Source of the DNA: a virus
Strand: one strand, 5' to 3'
IMG/VR virus record: IMGVR_UViG_3300031472_000015
Coordinates: 16,574-80,573 of that record
Length of the DNA stretch: 64,000 bases
Numbering within the stretch: the first letter of the stretch is position 1; the number at the start of each line of letters is the position of its first letter. The notes beneath the pieces were generated by a model. The model had not been told where the DNA came from. It worked only from the letters and a program-made list of their open reading frames with translations, and did not search any database. Positions 37,547 to 47,076 of this stretch are shown in pieces. The translations under genes were made by a program, and so were the position numbers.

Positions 37547-38080
37547 TCATGGCGCGGCTCCAGCCGGCGGGGCTGGCATGGGCCGCCAATGCGTCGGGTC
37601 CTGATCGGTTAGGAACCCGAACCCGTCCCCGTGCCAGTGGGTGCCGCGCGTCCATCCCGGGCCGCCCACCAGCACCCGCGTTCCATCCTGCGGGGCCGTC
37701 GCAATCGGTTGCCAGCCCTCCCCCGCTTGCACAGCGGCGATGGCGGCGCGCACGATGTCACACAGCGCTTTCGTGGTCGCCTCTGTGCTGCCTGTCAAGC
37801 GTTCCCACTTGGCGCAGTGCGCGGCATCCCAATAGCCGTCGTGATGAAAAACCAGCACGGCTTGCAACGCATTCTCCACGCCGGGCTGCTGCGGCCGGAC
37901 GACCTGGCGTAACTCCATCAGCTCGTCCAGGATCACGAGCATGGACCTGCGCTCCACCATGATCAGCGCTTCTGGACTGGCGCCGGTTGGGCCAGCGCAG
38001 AGGGCGCGCAGTTCCAGCAGGCGAGCGTTCGTGGGGTGGTCGGCGGGAGATTGCTCCCCCGCTGGGATCGGCGCGGTCAT
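37547..38080 (-). CDS. DUF551-like phage protein
   Basis: WQPIATAPQDGTRVLV...PTHWRPMPAPP. Confidence 0.7.
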   Translation of the reverse strand: MTAPIPAGEQSPADHPTNARLLELRALCAGPTGASPEALIMVERRSMLVILDELMELRQVVRPQQPGVENALQAVLVFHHDGYWDAAHCAKWERLTGSTEATTKALCDIVRAAIAAVQAGEGWQPIATAPQDGTRVLVGGPGWTRGTHWHGDGFGFLTDQDPTHWRPMPAPPAGAAP

Positions 38081-38508
38081 GCTGCTTTCCGATCATCGAT
38101 GTGATACGCCGCATGACAGGGGACACACATCCAGGGGATGGCAAGTGGTAAATCATAATTATCGTGGTGGGCTGTCACCGGCTTCTCCTCACGACAAGTT
38201 TGACAACGTGTAGGTTTTGCAAGCAAGCCGTCTCTCAAAGCGTTACTAACGGCTATATGCGCCGCCCGCTTCTTAGGATTACGAACTGCCCAAGCTTTAG
38301 AACTAGCACGAAGCTTGATTTTTCCTGCTTCTGTTGATTTATATGCAACTCGCGCTGCCACGCGATCAAGCGCGTTTGCTCGTTTCTGGTCACAGTCACT
38401 CTGACAGATTTTGCAACGTGCAACCAGCCCATCAGGACTGGCTGCACGCTTATGAAAAAAATTTGCTGGATATGTCATCTGGCAAATTCTGCATAACTTA
38501 ACTTGCAT
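38077..38508 (-). CDS. Zn-finger/HNH-like protein
   Basis: CRIC...CKIC; CQTC...HHDNYDLPLAIPWMCVPCH. Confidence 0.7.
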   Translation of the reverse strand: MQVKLCRICQMTYPANFFHKRAASPDGLVARCKICQSDCDQKRANALDRVAARVAYKSTEAGKIKLRASSKAWAVRNPKKRAAHIAVSNALRDGLLAKPTRCQTCREEKPVTAHHDNYDLPLAIPWMCVPCHAAYHIDDRKAA

Positions 38509-38520
38509 TTTTGACTATTC

Positions 38521-39000
38521 CTAAAAGGGTATTTCGTCGTCCAGATCAGCATCTACTGCAACCGACTGACGCGACGGCGGTGCAGCAGCACGACGCGAAG
38601 GCATCGCGGTGCTGGCCTGCTGCTTCGACGGATCAAGATAATAAGCAACCTTGTTCTTTGGCTCATAGCCAGGGTTGACATCCTTGGCGATCTTGCAGCG
38701 ACCACTGGCGTGCAGGATGTCACTTGGTCCAAACTCACCAGTATCATACTGCTGCAACAGTCCGACCGCAGCAGCAAAACCGCGTATCTTCCGCAGGCCA
38801 CCATCGCTGGAAACGAGGTAGTCCCGCACGGTGCGGGAACCGCCATCGCCGTCATGCACCTTTAAGCTCAAAACCATCATTTCATTTCCGGATGTTTTGC
38901 TGATTGCATCCTCTACATCCGCAACTTCAAAATCATAGTCGCCATTCGGCAACAAGCCACCTTCGGCGATTTCTTCAGCACTCTTAGGAGGAAACTTCAT
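38521..39000 (-). CDS. DUF669-like ssDNA-binding protein
   Basis: LLPNGDYDFEV...SGNEMMVL; acidic DDEIPF C-terminus. Confidence 0.75.
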   Translation of the reverse strand: MKFPPKSAEEIAEGGLLPNGDYDFEVADVEDAISKTSGNEMMVLSLKVHDGDGGSRTVRDYLVSSDGGLRKIRGFAAAVGLLQQYDTGEFGPSDILHASGRCKIAKDVNPGYEPKNKVAYYLDPSKQQASTAMPSRRAAAPPSRQSVAVDADLDDEIPF

Positions 39001-39009
39001 CTTACATTC

Positions 39010-39591
39010 CTAAAGAAGACGCCCATTCTCTTGGGCAAAAGTTATAGGGTCTTTCGCATACTTCCGCTGATTGCAAGGCTGGCAAAGTAGCTTGAGATTA
39101 CGCACGTCATTGTGGCCACCAAGGGCAATAGGCATCCAGTGATCTATATGAAAACCCTGGCGTATAGACTTGAAACAGACTGCACAACAATATTTCTGCT
39201 TAATCTGCAAAGCAGAAATATCAGCGGCGGTGTATGTTCCTCTTGCCTTCTTGATCCTGGCACGTCGATTGCCCTTATGAACCACCCGGGCCAGCGGATT
39301 ACGCTTGTGCCAGTCCTGACAGGCTTTGCGGCTTCTATCCGAATGCAAGGCATACCAGTCTCGGTTCTTTTGCTGATAGATGGCAGGGGCTTTCCAGTAT
39401 CGCTCACGGGCGTAAGACCTAGAGTGATCACGGTTTTTATTGTGCCATATCGCAGCATTGCGATTTTGACATTCAGAACAGTTGCCAGTGCTCACGTAGC
39501 GTTCCGCAAAATGTCCAGCAGGACAGGGCTTACCCGTGAAATACCGGACAAGACCCAAGGCCGCAGCAACCGCGCGAGCGCCAGCAGGCAT
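39010..39591 (-). CDS. HNH homing endonuclease
   Basis: RYFTGKPCPAGH; CAVC...HIDHWMPIALGGHNDVRNLKLLCQPCN. Confidence 0.9.
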   Translation of the reverse strand: MPAGARAVAAALGLVRYFTGKPCPAGHFAERYVSTGNCSECQNRNAAIWHNKNRDHSRSYARERYWKAPAIYQQKNRDWYALHSDRSRKACQDWHKRNPLARVVHKGNRRARIKKARGTYTAADISALQIKQKYCCAVCFKSIRQGFHIDHWMPIALGGHNDVRNLKLLCQPCNQRKYAKDPITFAQENGRLL

Positions 39592-40505
39592 TAGACCTCT
39601 ACTCCCTTCAATTTGTCGTTTAGCAGCTCAAGCACTTTGCTGGCGTGATCGACGGACATCTCGGCAAACGTCGCAGCTTGTGCCTTTGTGAGCATCTTCT
39701 CAGTCCAGCCATCTGGCATCTTCACCACCGTAAGAAGACGTTCAATTTCCGCTACGTCCGCAGTAGCAGCCAGTTGGATCGAAACCGCTGCGTTCTCCAT
39801 CACATCGCGGCCATATCGACCAGCAAACTCTTCATAAGTCCAAGGAAACCGCTCATTGTCAGGGAACCCAAGTAACCGAGTCTTGCGGACTTGGGCATAA
39901 CGGCTGTTGCCTTCCTTTAGAATATGTAAGCACAGGTGCAGTTCATAAGCAGTGCGATCCCAAGCATCAAACGTAGCACCGATCTGCTCACGCTGGCCCT
40001 TATTGTTTAGACCCCATTCTGCCATCTCATGAGCAATCAGAATCACGTTCATATCAAGCCTGTTCAGCCACGCAATCAGACGGCGCATGAGCGAAATTGC
40101 CTGCTTCTTGTCAGCACCAAAAGCATTCTTATCGCCAAGTCGCTCAGCTTCCAGAGTGATGGCAGTTTGGAACATCTTGGAAATGCTGTCAATAACCAAA
40201 GTCCGGTATGGATGTTCCTCGGTAGCAAGTGCCTGGACTTGACCAATCACAGTTTCGAAATCAAGGCTTCCCTGGTCTGGCCCGAAATAGACACCGCCAG
40301 CTTTTTCCAAACGATCTGTATAATGCGGTAGATTAGCACCTCCTTCGGTGTCTATGAAATAAGGCGTAGGCCACGTAACAGCAGCCCAGGTCTTGCCGAC
40401 CCCAGGCTTGCCGAACACCAGGATTTTCGGCTTGCTGGGCGCTGCTGCCTTAGGCGCAACAGCCTTTAGTTTTGACTTCGGCGCAGGCTTCGTGATTGCG
40501 TTCAT
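39591..40505 (-). CDS. AAA ATPase (Sak4-like recombination protein)
   Basis: LVFGKPGVGKT Walker A, IDTEGG, LVIDSIS Walker B, ILIAHE. Confidence 0.85.
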   Translation of the reverse strand: MNAITKPAPKSKLKAVAPKAAAPSKPKILVFGKPGVGKTWAAVTWPTPYFIDTEGGANLPHYTDRLEKAGGVYFGPDQGSLDFETVIGQVQALATEEHPYRTLVIDSISKMFQTAITLEAERLGDKNAFGADKKQAISLMRRLIAWLNRLDMNVILIAHEMAEWGLNNKGQREQIGATFDAWDRTAYELHLCLHILKEGNSRYAQVRKTRLLGFPDNERFPWTYEEFAGRYGRDVMENAAVSIQLAATADVAEIERLLTVVKMPDGWTEKMLTKAQAATFAEMSVDHASKVLELLNDKLKGVEV

Positions 40506-40506
40506 G

Positions 40507-42126
40507 TCAGTTTGCCTTTCGTTGTGTGTTCGCAGCCTGCAACTCCCGCAGTGCCACCTCCGCCGCAGCAATATTCGGAAACGGGCCGATCTTCTGTTCA
40601 GGCATGACAAAGATCAGCCAGCATCGGTTGTTGAGGTCCACGCTCACGCGCCACTCGCCCTGGCTCAAAGCAGCACCAGCATGTCAAGCTGCGGATTGCG
40701 GCGCTGATCAGCACGGCGAAGTGCAGCCCATGCCCTGATCGCGTCGGCTAGGGCGTCCGCCTGGTCCGGCGTGGGGTCTAGCGGCACTGCCTGCATGGCA
40801 GGGTAGGCGTCGGGGTCAGACGAGGCACTGAACAGCGTCCAGCCGTCGCGCTCCAGGAGCAGGCTGCCAGTGTGCGCAGCGCCTGAAAACACAATCTCAA
40901 TCATCGCGTCGCCCTCCGCATCCCCAAAAACGGAAGAACATTGTTCCTTGACTGCGAAGCCAACATCTCACGCATGACAGAAGCTCCTTCCAAAAGTTGC
41001 GCGAGCACAGCGGCCTCGGTGGCTGTCAGGCTGACAGGATCGCCTATGGCTTTGTCGCGCATGATCGCGGCGGCGCGGGCGTATTTGCAGGCTGGGACGG
41101 GCATAGCTATACAAACTCCTTTGGCGCTGCACCCGGCTCCAGCGTGTCGGGGTCAATCCATTCGATGAAGCCAAGCCGGCCCATGACGCGGGTCAGTTGT
41201 CCACCGCCCGTCGTCTTTAGGTGCCCATGGCAGACGATCTCTTGGTCTACGATTGACCCTTTGTGACAAAGAAAGTCCGTATCCTTCCGAACTGTATCCC
41301 GTATGATCTGTGCAGTTCTCTTGTTTGGCACAATGCGATTTTTAGAATACAAGCACTGGCCGCACTGACGGGCCATCACTTTGTGCTTGCTCATACTCAG
41401 GACTCCATCGGTGGGTGCTCAGCGCGCATCGGGCGCCGCAGCCAGCTTTCGATTGCGGACAGGATCAGAGCACGGGGCATCAGTGGGGCCTCCCTTGCGG
41501 CAGTTCGCCGTCGCCAAGGTCAAGCGGCGATCCGTTGTTGGTGACCGTCACGCCCGGCAGGCTGCCCAGCGTGCGCATCAGGGTTATCAGGGCAGCTTCG
41601 CGCTCCATGGGCGGCAGCGCATTCAGCACCATCATCGGCAACAGGCAAATCGCCAGGACGGCCTGCTGCTCCCGGTGCTTCGCATTGGGCAGGGCGTCGA
41701 TGGTGCGGCAGAGGGCCAGCAACGCCGCCTGCATCTCGGCGTCCTCGGGATCGTCGTCCAGGTCGTCGGTCGCAATCGGGCCGATCATGATACCGCCCCC
41801 TCAATCAACGCCAGCCCATGCGCCGCCGCGGCCAGCACGTCGGCCGCCTCGAAGCACCCGGCCGTCCGCAAGGCCGTGCGGATGCGCCGGGCTTGGCGCA
41901 CGTCCTGCTCCATGAGCCGGGTGGTGCAGACGTTGAACTCCGGGTGCTCAGCGATGAACTCCGCGTGGTGGCGCACCATGCGGACGTGCCACGCATGGGT
42001 TTCCGCGAGCAGCGCTGCCACATCGTCGGGCAGGCCGACGCGCTCCGCCGGCGGCATGACGGGGCAGGGGGCCGGCGGCGCAGGCATGTGCACCGCGATG
42101 CGGGCGAACTCGGCGGCGGTAATCAT
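40507..42126 (-). CDS. Six small early-left hypothetical genes (40507-40668, 40665-40904, 40901-41104, 41107-41394, 41480-41788, 41785-42126)
   Basis: Coupled minus-strand ORFs; 41107-41394 has CGQC..FLCH..VCHG. Confidence 0.55.
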
Positions 42127-42647
42127 GATGCGGCTCTTTCGGCATTGGTGATGGCGCGATCAGGCTCAGCGACCTCGCGCAGCGTCACCGATGCAATGGT
42201 AGCCGCGTCCCAGATGCAGCCGCTTGCGCAGTCCCACCCGTAGTACCAGCCAGAATGCCGGCTAAGCCGCCGCTGCCAAACGTAGGGCGCAATAATGATG
42301 CCCTGATACACCCTAGCCACTCTGTTCCAGTCGATAGTGTCAAGGCTGTACTGGCGGTTGGATTTCAAGAATTGAAAGGTGAAGGCGTCGATCTCACTCG
42401 CATCGGTCAACCGCAGCACATTCGCGCTGGGTGCAAGCAGCACGTCATGAACGTGTGTCAGACTGACCAAGTTGAACTCCTCGGCAATGCACCACTCGCG
42501 CCAGCCGTCGCCGTTGCCCTCAACAGAGACCCAGAGGCCGTTGGGCTTGCCAATGCCCAGGCCGTCGCCAGACTGCTCCGCTGACCTCACTTGAAGGACA
42601 GGGGACGCTCCGTAGTGGACCAGATGTTCGGTTTGGACGCGGTTCAT
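42123..42647 (-). CDS. Conserved phage protein with KPNGLWVS / YGWDCASG motifs
   Basis: 174-aa ORF, ATGA coupled on both sides. Confidence 0.6.
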   Translation of the reverse strand: MNRVQTEHLVHYGASPVLQVRSAEQSGDGLGIGKPNGLWVSVEGNGDGWREWCIAEEFNLVSLTHVHDVLLAPSANVLRLTDASEIDAFTFQFLKSNRQYSLDTIDWNRVARVYQGIIIAPYVWQRRLSRHSGWYYGWDCASGCIWDAATIASVTLREVAEPDRAITNAERAAS

Positions 42648-43182
42648 TGTGCAGCACTCCACTTGATACCCAGCCCCGCCACCTCGCCACGCGCCAGCAG
42701 CGCCCCGCGCAGACGTGCGATGTCCAGGCTCAGCCGGGCCACCAACACTGGCGCGCGATCCTCGCCGAGCAAGTCGCGGCACGGGCGGTTGCGCACGGCG
42801 GCAAGCTCTTGGCGCGTGGTGCGCAGCGTGCGCTTGAGACACCACGTCGGCAGGCTGTTGATGTGATCGCGACGGTCAGCGCGAAGGGTCGGGATGGCGG
42901 CCGGGGCGGCTAGGGCGACGGCGGGGGTCATGCTCTGCCTCCTGCCATCTTCGCCAGGAACGCCGTTATCTCGTCGTCCTTCTCGGCCTCCTGCTCATCG
43001 ACGCGGACGGACAGGGCCAGCAACTCAATCAGGCTGATGGCGCGCGCAAGGATGATGCCGGCGGCGTCCTGGGTGTGCGGGTCGGCGGTGGGGTGGATCA
43101 GGGCGGCTTGGTCGCGGACGGCCTCTAATAAACCACGAAGATTGCCTATGCAGGTGCCTGGAAGATTAATGGCGACGGTCAT
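42644..43182 (-). CDS. Two small hypothetical genes (42644-42931, 42928-43182)
   Basis: Coupled ORFs. Confidence 0.5.
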
Positions 43183-43616
43183 GCTGTGGTCTCCGCTGTC
43201 TGCGCTTCGGGCACGCCGCGCCCATCCGATGCTGCCAAGGCAAGCAGAATTGGGCCATGCGCGTCCCAGAACCGCCGCGACGCCCTGCCATCCATGCGGG
43301 CGATCTGGGCATTGTCGAATGCCGCCCAATCAGCCAACGAGTGCAACTCGCAGCCAATTTGCATGTGCTGGTCGAGGATCGTGACGGGGTAGGCCAGTCC
43401 GTAAAGCTGCAGTGGGCGGTGGTTGAGGATGATGCCGTTGCGCCACTTGGCGCCGGCCAGGTTGGCGCCGGCCAGGTAGGCGCCGGCCAGGTAGGCGCCG
43501 GCCAGATTGGCGCCGGCACTCACTGCCGCGGTTACGGCATCCCGTAGCGAGGCATGCTCGCTGCTGAACAGAATGCCATTGTTCCAGCGGTGTTTGATCT
43601 CAATGAGATTGCTCAT
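43179..43616 (-). CDS. Pentapeptide-repeat protein
   Basis: IEIKHRW..GILF, A(N/Y)LAG x4; 15-bp DNA tandem repeats at about 43450-43517. Confidence 0.85.
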   Translation of the reverse strand: MSNLIEIKHRWNNGILFSSEHASLRDAVTAAVSAGANLAGAYLAGAYLAGANLAGAKWRNGIILNHRPLQLYGLAYPVTILDQHMQIGCELHSLADWAAFDNAQIARMDGRASRRFWDAHGPILLALAASDGRGVPEAQTAETTA

Positions 43617-43927
43617 GCCCCCGCGCTCCCGACCAGCACCAGCAGCAGCACGGTCACGCCGGCTGCCAGGATGGAGGCGATGCTGAGCGCCGCGATGCGA
43701 GCCAGCTCGGCGCGGATCTGTGGGAGCGTCATGGCGCGGAAGCCGGCCAGCAGCTTGGTCATACAGGCGATGACCTGGATGTTGCGCTCGTTGATCAGGT
43801 CGCCCGTGTTGGGGGCGAACAGCACATCGTCGCCCATGGGGTCGCGGATGGGGACCAGGCCGTCAGTCGGCGTGGCAGGAAGCCAGGGCAAAGGCGAGGC
43901 TTGGCGGCTCATTGGGTGGCGCTCCAT
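43613..43927 (-). CDS. First gene of the leftward early operon, with a C-terminal TM
   Basis: Directly downstream of the PL-like promoter. Confidence 0.5.
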   Translation of the reverse strand: MERHPMSRQASPLPWLPATPTDGLVPIRDPMGDDVLFAPNTGDLINERNIQVIACMTKLLAGFRAMTLPQIRAELARIAALSIASILAAGVTVLLLVLVGSAGA

Positions 43928-43944
43928 CAGGGGTGATGGAGGGG

Positions 43945-44008
43945 AGTATTGCTAAACCAGATAGCAGATGCAAGCTCTAACCGCACTCATCCGCTAATTA
44001 GTTTAGCA
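43945..44008 (-). promoter_or_regulatory. PL-like promoter with two 17-bp operators
   Basis: TTGCAT-N17-AATACT; TGCTAAACCAGATAGCA (43950-43966) and CGCTAATTAGTTTAGCA (43992-44008). Confidence 0.7.
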
Positions 44009-44180
44009 TTGCCTCCCTGCTACTTAGCTAGCTCGCACCCAGGATGGACTTTCGTTGCTAAGTAGTAATTGTTTCTGGATGCAAGCGAGATGAGATAGTT
44101 CCTGCTTGCATCATTACAACTATGACGGGATACGCTGTGAACAAAGTGTGTCAGGGGAGGTGTGGCTTTGGCCTTGATAG

Positions 44181-44558
44181 CTATGAAGTGGCCGCTTTCG
44201 ACTTCTTGCGCCGGGGGCGGGCGACCTCCGGTGAAGCAACCTCCACAACCGGCACCTCCGGCTCCCTGGCCTCTGCCGGCGGGACCGCGTCCCCGTCCAT
44301 CGCAGCTTGCAGCCTGATCGCTCTGGCGTAGCCCATGCTGGATGGGTCGTTGTAGAACAACCAGTCCAGCGTGATGCCCTCGGCGCGCAGCGGCCCTAGG
44401 TAGCGCACGGGTGGGAACGCTCGCCCGTTGAGCCACGCATCCACCGTCACACGTTCGGCGCCGAGGAACATGGCGAAGGTCTGCGTCGTCTTGTAGCCAA
44501 GCTCGTTTTTCACGGCGCGCAGGCGACGACCTACAGCCTTCTCGTCATGGTCTGTCAT
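44181..44558 (-). CDS. CI-like XRE HTH repressor without a peptidase domain
   Basis: VGRRLRAVKNELG...FAMFLGAERVTVDAWLNGRAFP...ITLDWL; divergent from cro. Confidence 0.8.
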   Translation of the reverse strand: MTDHDEKAVGRRLRAVKNELGYKTTQTFAMFLGAERVTVDAWLNGRAFPPVRYLGPLRAEGITLDWLFYNDPSSMGYARAIRLQAAMDGDAVPPAEAREPEVPVVEVASPEVARPRRKKSKAATS

Positions 44559-44620
44559 GCTGCTAACCATACCATCAGGCAGGCATAAGGGCATGCTACC
44601 GTTCCCAGCGCGCAAGAGGC

Positions 44621-44650
44621 TTGCGTTCTGCTAAACCACATAGCAATATG
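44621..44650 (+). promoter_or_regulatory. PR-like promoter and operator
   Basis: TTGCGT -35; TGCTAAACCACATAGCA (44629-44645), 16/17 identical to the operator at 43950. Confidence 0.7.
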
Positions 44651-44890
44651 CCTGCCATGGCATCTGCAAACACCATCATCGCCCAGCTTGGGGGTCCTGA
44701 CGCGGTAGCTAGGATCACCGGCGCAAAGCTGAACGCCATCCGACAGTGGGACCGCATCGGCATACCTTACCGGTTCTGGGGTGCGGTGGTGGACGCGGCG
44801 GCAGCGTCCGAGGTTGATGGCATCACCTTCGACGTGCTGCGGGAGAGCAAAGCTGAATACCTGGCGCAGCGCGCTGGGGTGGCCGCTTGA
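44648..44890 (+). CDS. Cro-like regulator
   Basis: IIAQLGGPDAVARITG....IRQW...GIP. Confidence 0.8.
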   Translation: MPAMASANTIIAQLGGPDAVARITGAKLNAIRQWDRIGIPYRFWGAVVDAAAASEVDGITFDVLRESKAEYLAQRAGVAA

Positions 44891-45258
44891 TGCCGGTCTA
44901 CTTTGCACGCATTGAAGGACGCTCTGAGGTCAAGATCGGCCACGCCGCGATCCTCCGTAGTCGCCTTGCCACCATTCAGTCCTGCAATCCTGGTGATGTG
45001 TGGTTCAGTCGCACCTTTGCTGGCAACAGGGCCGATGAGATGGTGCTGCATCAACGATTTGCCCATTTGCGACTGAATGGCGAGTGGTTTGCCTGGGATG
45101 ATGTTTTTAACAGCGATCTCGGACTGATTGATCTTGGCTCAATGGGGCCGTTTCCGGTCCTGATCAAGCGCCCGCCTAAGTCCGAACACACGAGGGCGCT
45201 CCACAGCCAGACCATGCGCGCTTCGTGGGCTGAACGTCGCCAGCGGGGTGCAGCATGA
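44890..45258 (+). CDS. T5orf172/MUG113 (GIY-YIG superfamily) protein
   Basis: VYF......VKIG......RL..IQ..NP; E..LHQRFAHLRLNGEWF. Confidence 0.8.
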   Translation: MPVYFARIEGRSEVKIGHAAILRSRLATIQSCNPGDVWFSRTFAGNRADEMVLHQRFAHLRLNGEWFAWDDVFNSDLGLIDLGSMGPFPVLIKRPPKSEHTRALHSQTMRASWAERRQRGAA

Positions 45259-45494
45259 ATCGCAACTGGGTCGCCGAGATGCAAGCCCGCTCCAAGCGCG
45301 GCGACTTCCACGCCATCGACGGCGCCTTACTGCCCCCGGTCAAGCCCGCCGAACCCGTGCTCCACGCCAATGATGATATCCGCGAGGATGAGTACGACGA
45401 CCCGCTGTCCGCCGTGCGCGGCATCGTGTGGGTTGTGGCGATCTGCGTCGTCGGCGTGCTGCTGGTGGCGCTGGCGATGGCGTATCGCTGGTGA
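45255..45494 (+). CDS. Small C-terminally anchored membrane protein
   Basis: C-terminal TM segment. Confidence 0.55.
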   Translation: MNRNWVAEMQARSKRGDFHAIDGALLPPVKPAEPVLHANDDIREDEYDDPLSAVRGIVWVVAICVVGVLLVALAMAYRW

Positions 45495-46261
45495 GCACGC
45501 ACACTGAGGCGACCAAAGCAAAGATCAGCGCTGCCAAGATGAAGGGCCGTGCGAAGCCGCCCGAGGTCGTCGCCAAGGTCGCAGCCGCGCACACCGGCAT
45601 AAAGCGCCCGCCGGCTACGGATGAGCATCGGGCCAGGATCTCGGCAGGAGTGAAGGCGTATCGCGCAGCGGAACGGGAGCGCAAGGGGATTGCTGCTGCC
45701 GATCCTGTGGCACTCCTGGATGCCGCCGCACGCAAGGAGGCCAGTCCTTGGCCCGATGCCAAGGATGTGCGCCTTACAGCGTTGTGGGCCGAGGGTCATA
45801 GCACGACCGAGATCGGCAAGCGCATCGGCGCATCCAAGAACAGCGTCGTCGGGCGCGCGCACCGTCTCAACCTGCCGGCGCGTCCCAGCCCGATCAAGCA
45901 CAACGCCGAGGCAGGACACGTCAAACGCCGGGATCAGCCTAAGCGCGCTTTCAAGGCGACGCTTCCGCCCCCGCCCTCCGTCGTGCAACTCGCACCTGCC
46001 ATCACCGCCGTGTCCGTCCCTAAGCACACGCCGGACAACCCCGTGCTTCACTTGACCCCCACGGGCAGCGGCGTGGGGCGCATCCCGTCCTGCAGCCCGT
46101 GCCAGTGGCCTACGACGACGGCCAACGGACGGCACCGGATGCTGTGTGAATCCCCCGCAGACGGGCGCACGTCCTATTGCCTCAAGCACCAAGCCGAAAG
46201 CCGCCGCAGCAGTGGGATGCTCGCGGCGACGCAGGCCCGGTTGGCGTCGGCGCATGGCTAA
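45491..46261 (+). CDS. gcrA: GcrA-family regulator with an N-terminal NUMOD3-like extension
   Basis: W.DAKDVRLTALWAEGHSTTEIGKRIGASKNSVVGRAHRLNL; CQWP...C.......SYC.KH; HTEATKAKIS N-terminus. Confidence 0.8.
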   Translation: MSTHTEATKAKISAAKMKGRAKPPEVVAKVAAAHTGIKRPPATDEHRARISAGVKAYRAAERERKGIAAADPVALLDAAARKEASPWPDAKDVRLTALWAEGHSTTEIGKRIGASKNSVVGRAHRLNLPARPSPIKHNAEAGHVKRRDQPKRAFKATLPPPPSVVQLAPAITAVSVPKHTPDNPVLHLTPTGSGVGRIPSCSPCQWPTTTANGRHRMLCESPADGRTSYCLKHQAESRRSSGMLAATQARLASAHG

Positions 46262-47076
46262 CCGCATCCTCGCATTACGCCCGCACCCCATCGCGCTGTG
46301 CGGCGGCGAGCTGATCGCGCTGGGGCTTGGCTGTCCCGACTGCAACGAGGTCGCGTTCCAGGGCGTGGCATCAGGCGTCAGCGATCTATGGCTGTTCATC
46401 ATCGGCACAGATGATGGCGTTCCGAATACAAAACGGCCAGCAGCGCGAAAGGGCGCAGCCTCCGCATGAGCATAACGACGGCCGATCTGTTCCGGCTGGC
46501 CTGGCCTAGGCACGCTGCGAAGCACGCCGCCCGCGCCGCGAGCGGCCCAGTCGATACCGCGCAGCGATGGATGCGCAGCCGCTACCGGCCGAACAGTGAC
46601 ACGCTGCTCAAGATGGTGCAGCAATCAAAGGAGCTGCGGGCCGAGCTGGTCCGGCTATGCGGAGAATGGGATGCAGAAACTCCGTTGGCATCTGGCGCAA
46701 TGGCTCTACCGGCGCGGGCAGACGCTCGGGCGTCTAGCCGATTGGCTGAATCCACTCAGGTAGAGCGGCGCGTCGGCGACAGGCGCCGGGGGTGAGCGTT
46801 CGCAACTGGCTTTCTTGCGAAACTTCCCAGCTGATCGCCAAAGCCGATGCGGCTTGGATCCGTGGCGGCGACATGCCCTATCAGCAGCGCGAGCGCATGC
46901 TCCGCCGAGCGGCGCAATGGCGTGCGTGGAAGTATCCGGATGGGGACCGCGGTCCTATCCCTGAACATGCCATGCCGGTTGCCAATGCCGAAAAGTGGCA
47001 CGCCGAACACGAGCGCATCTTCGGCTACGGGAAGGCTTACTCGGGTCAGCTTGAGATGTTCGGGGATGCAGCATGA
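46254..47076 (+). CDS. Three small early-right genes (46254-46469, 46466-46795, 46792-47076)
   Basis: Coupled ORFs; second is HTH-like; first has CxxC. Confidence 0.55.
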
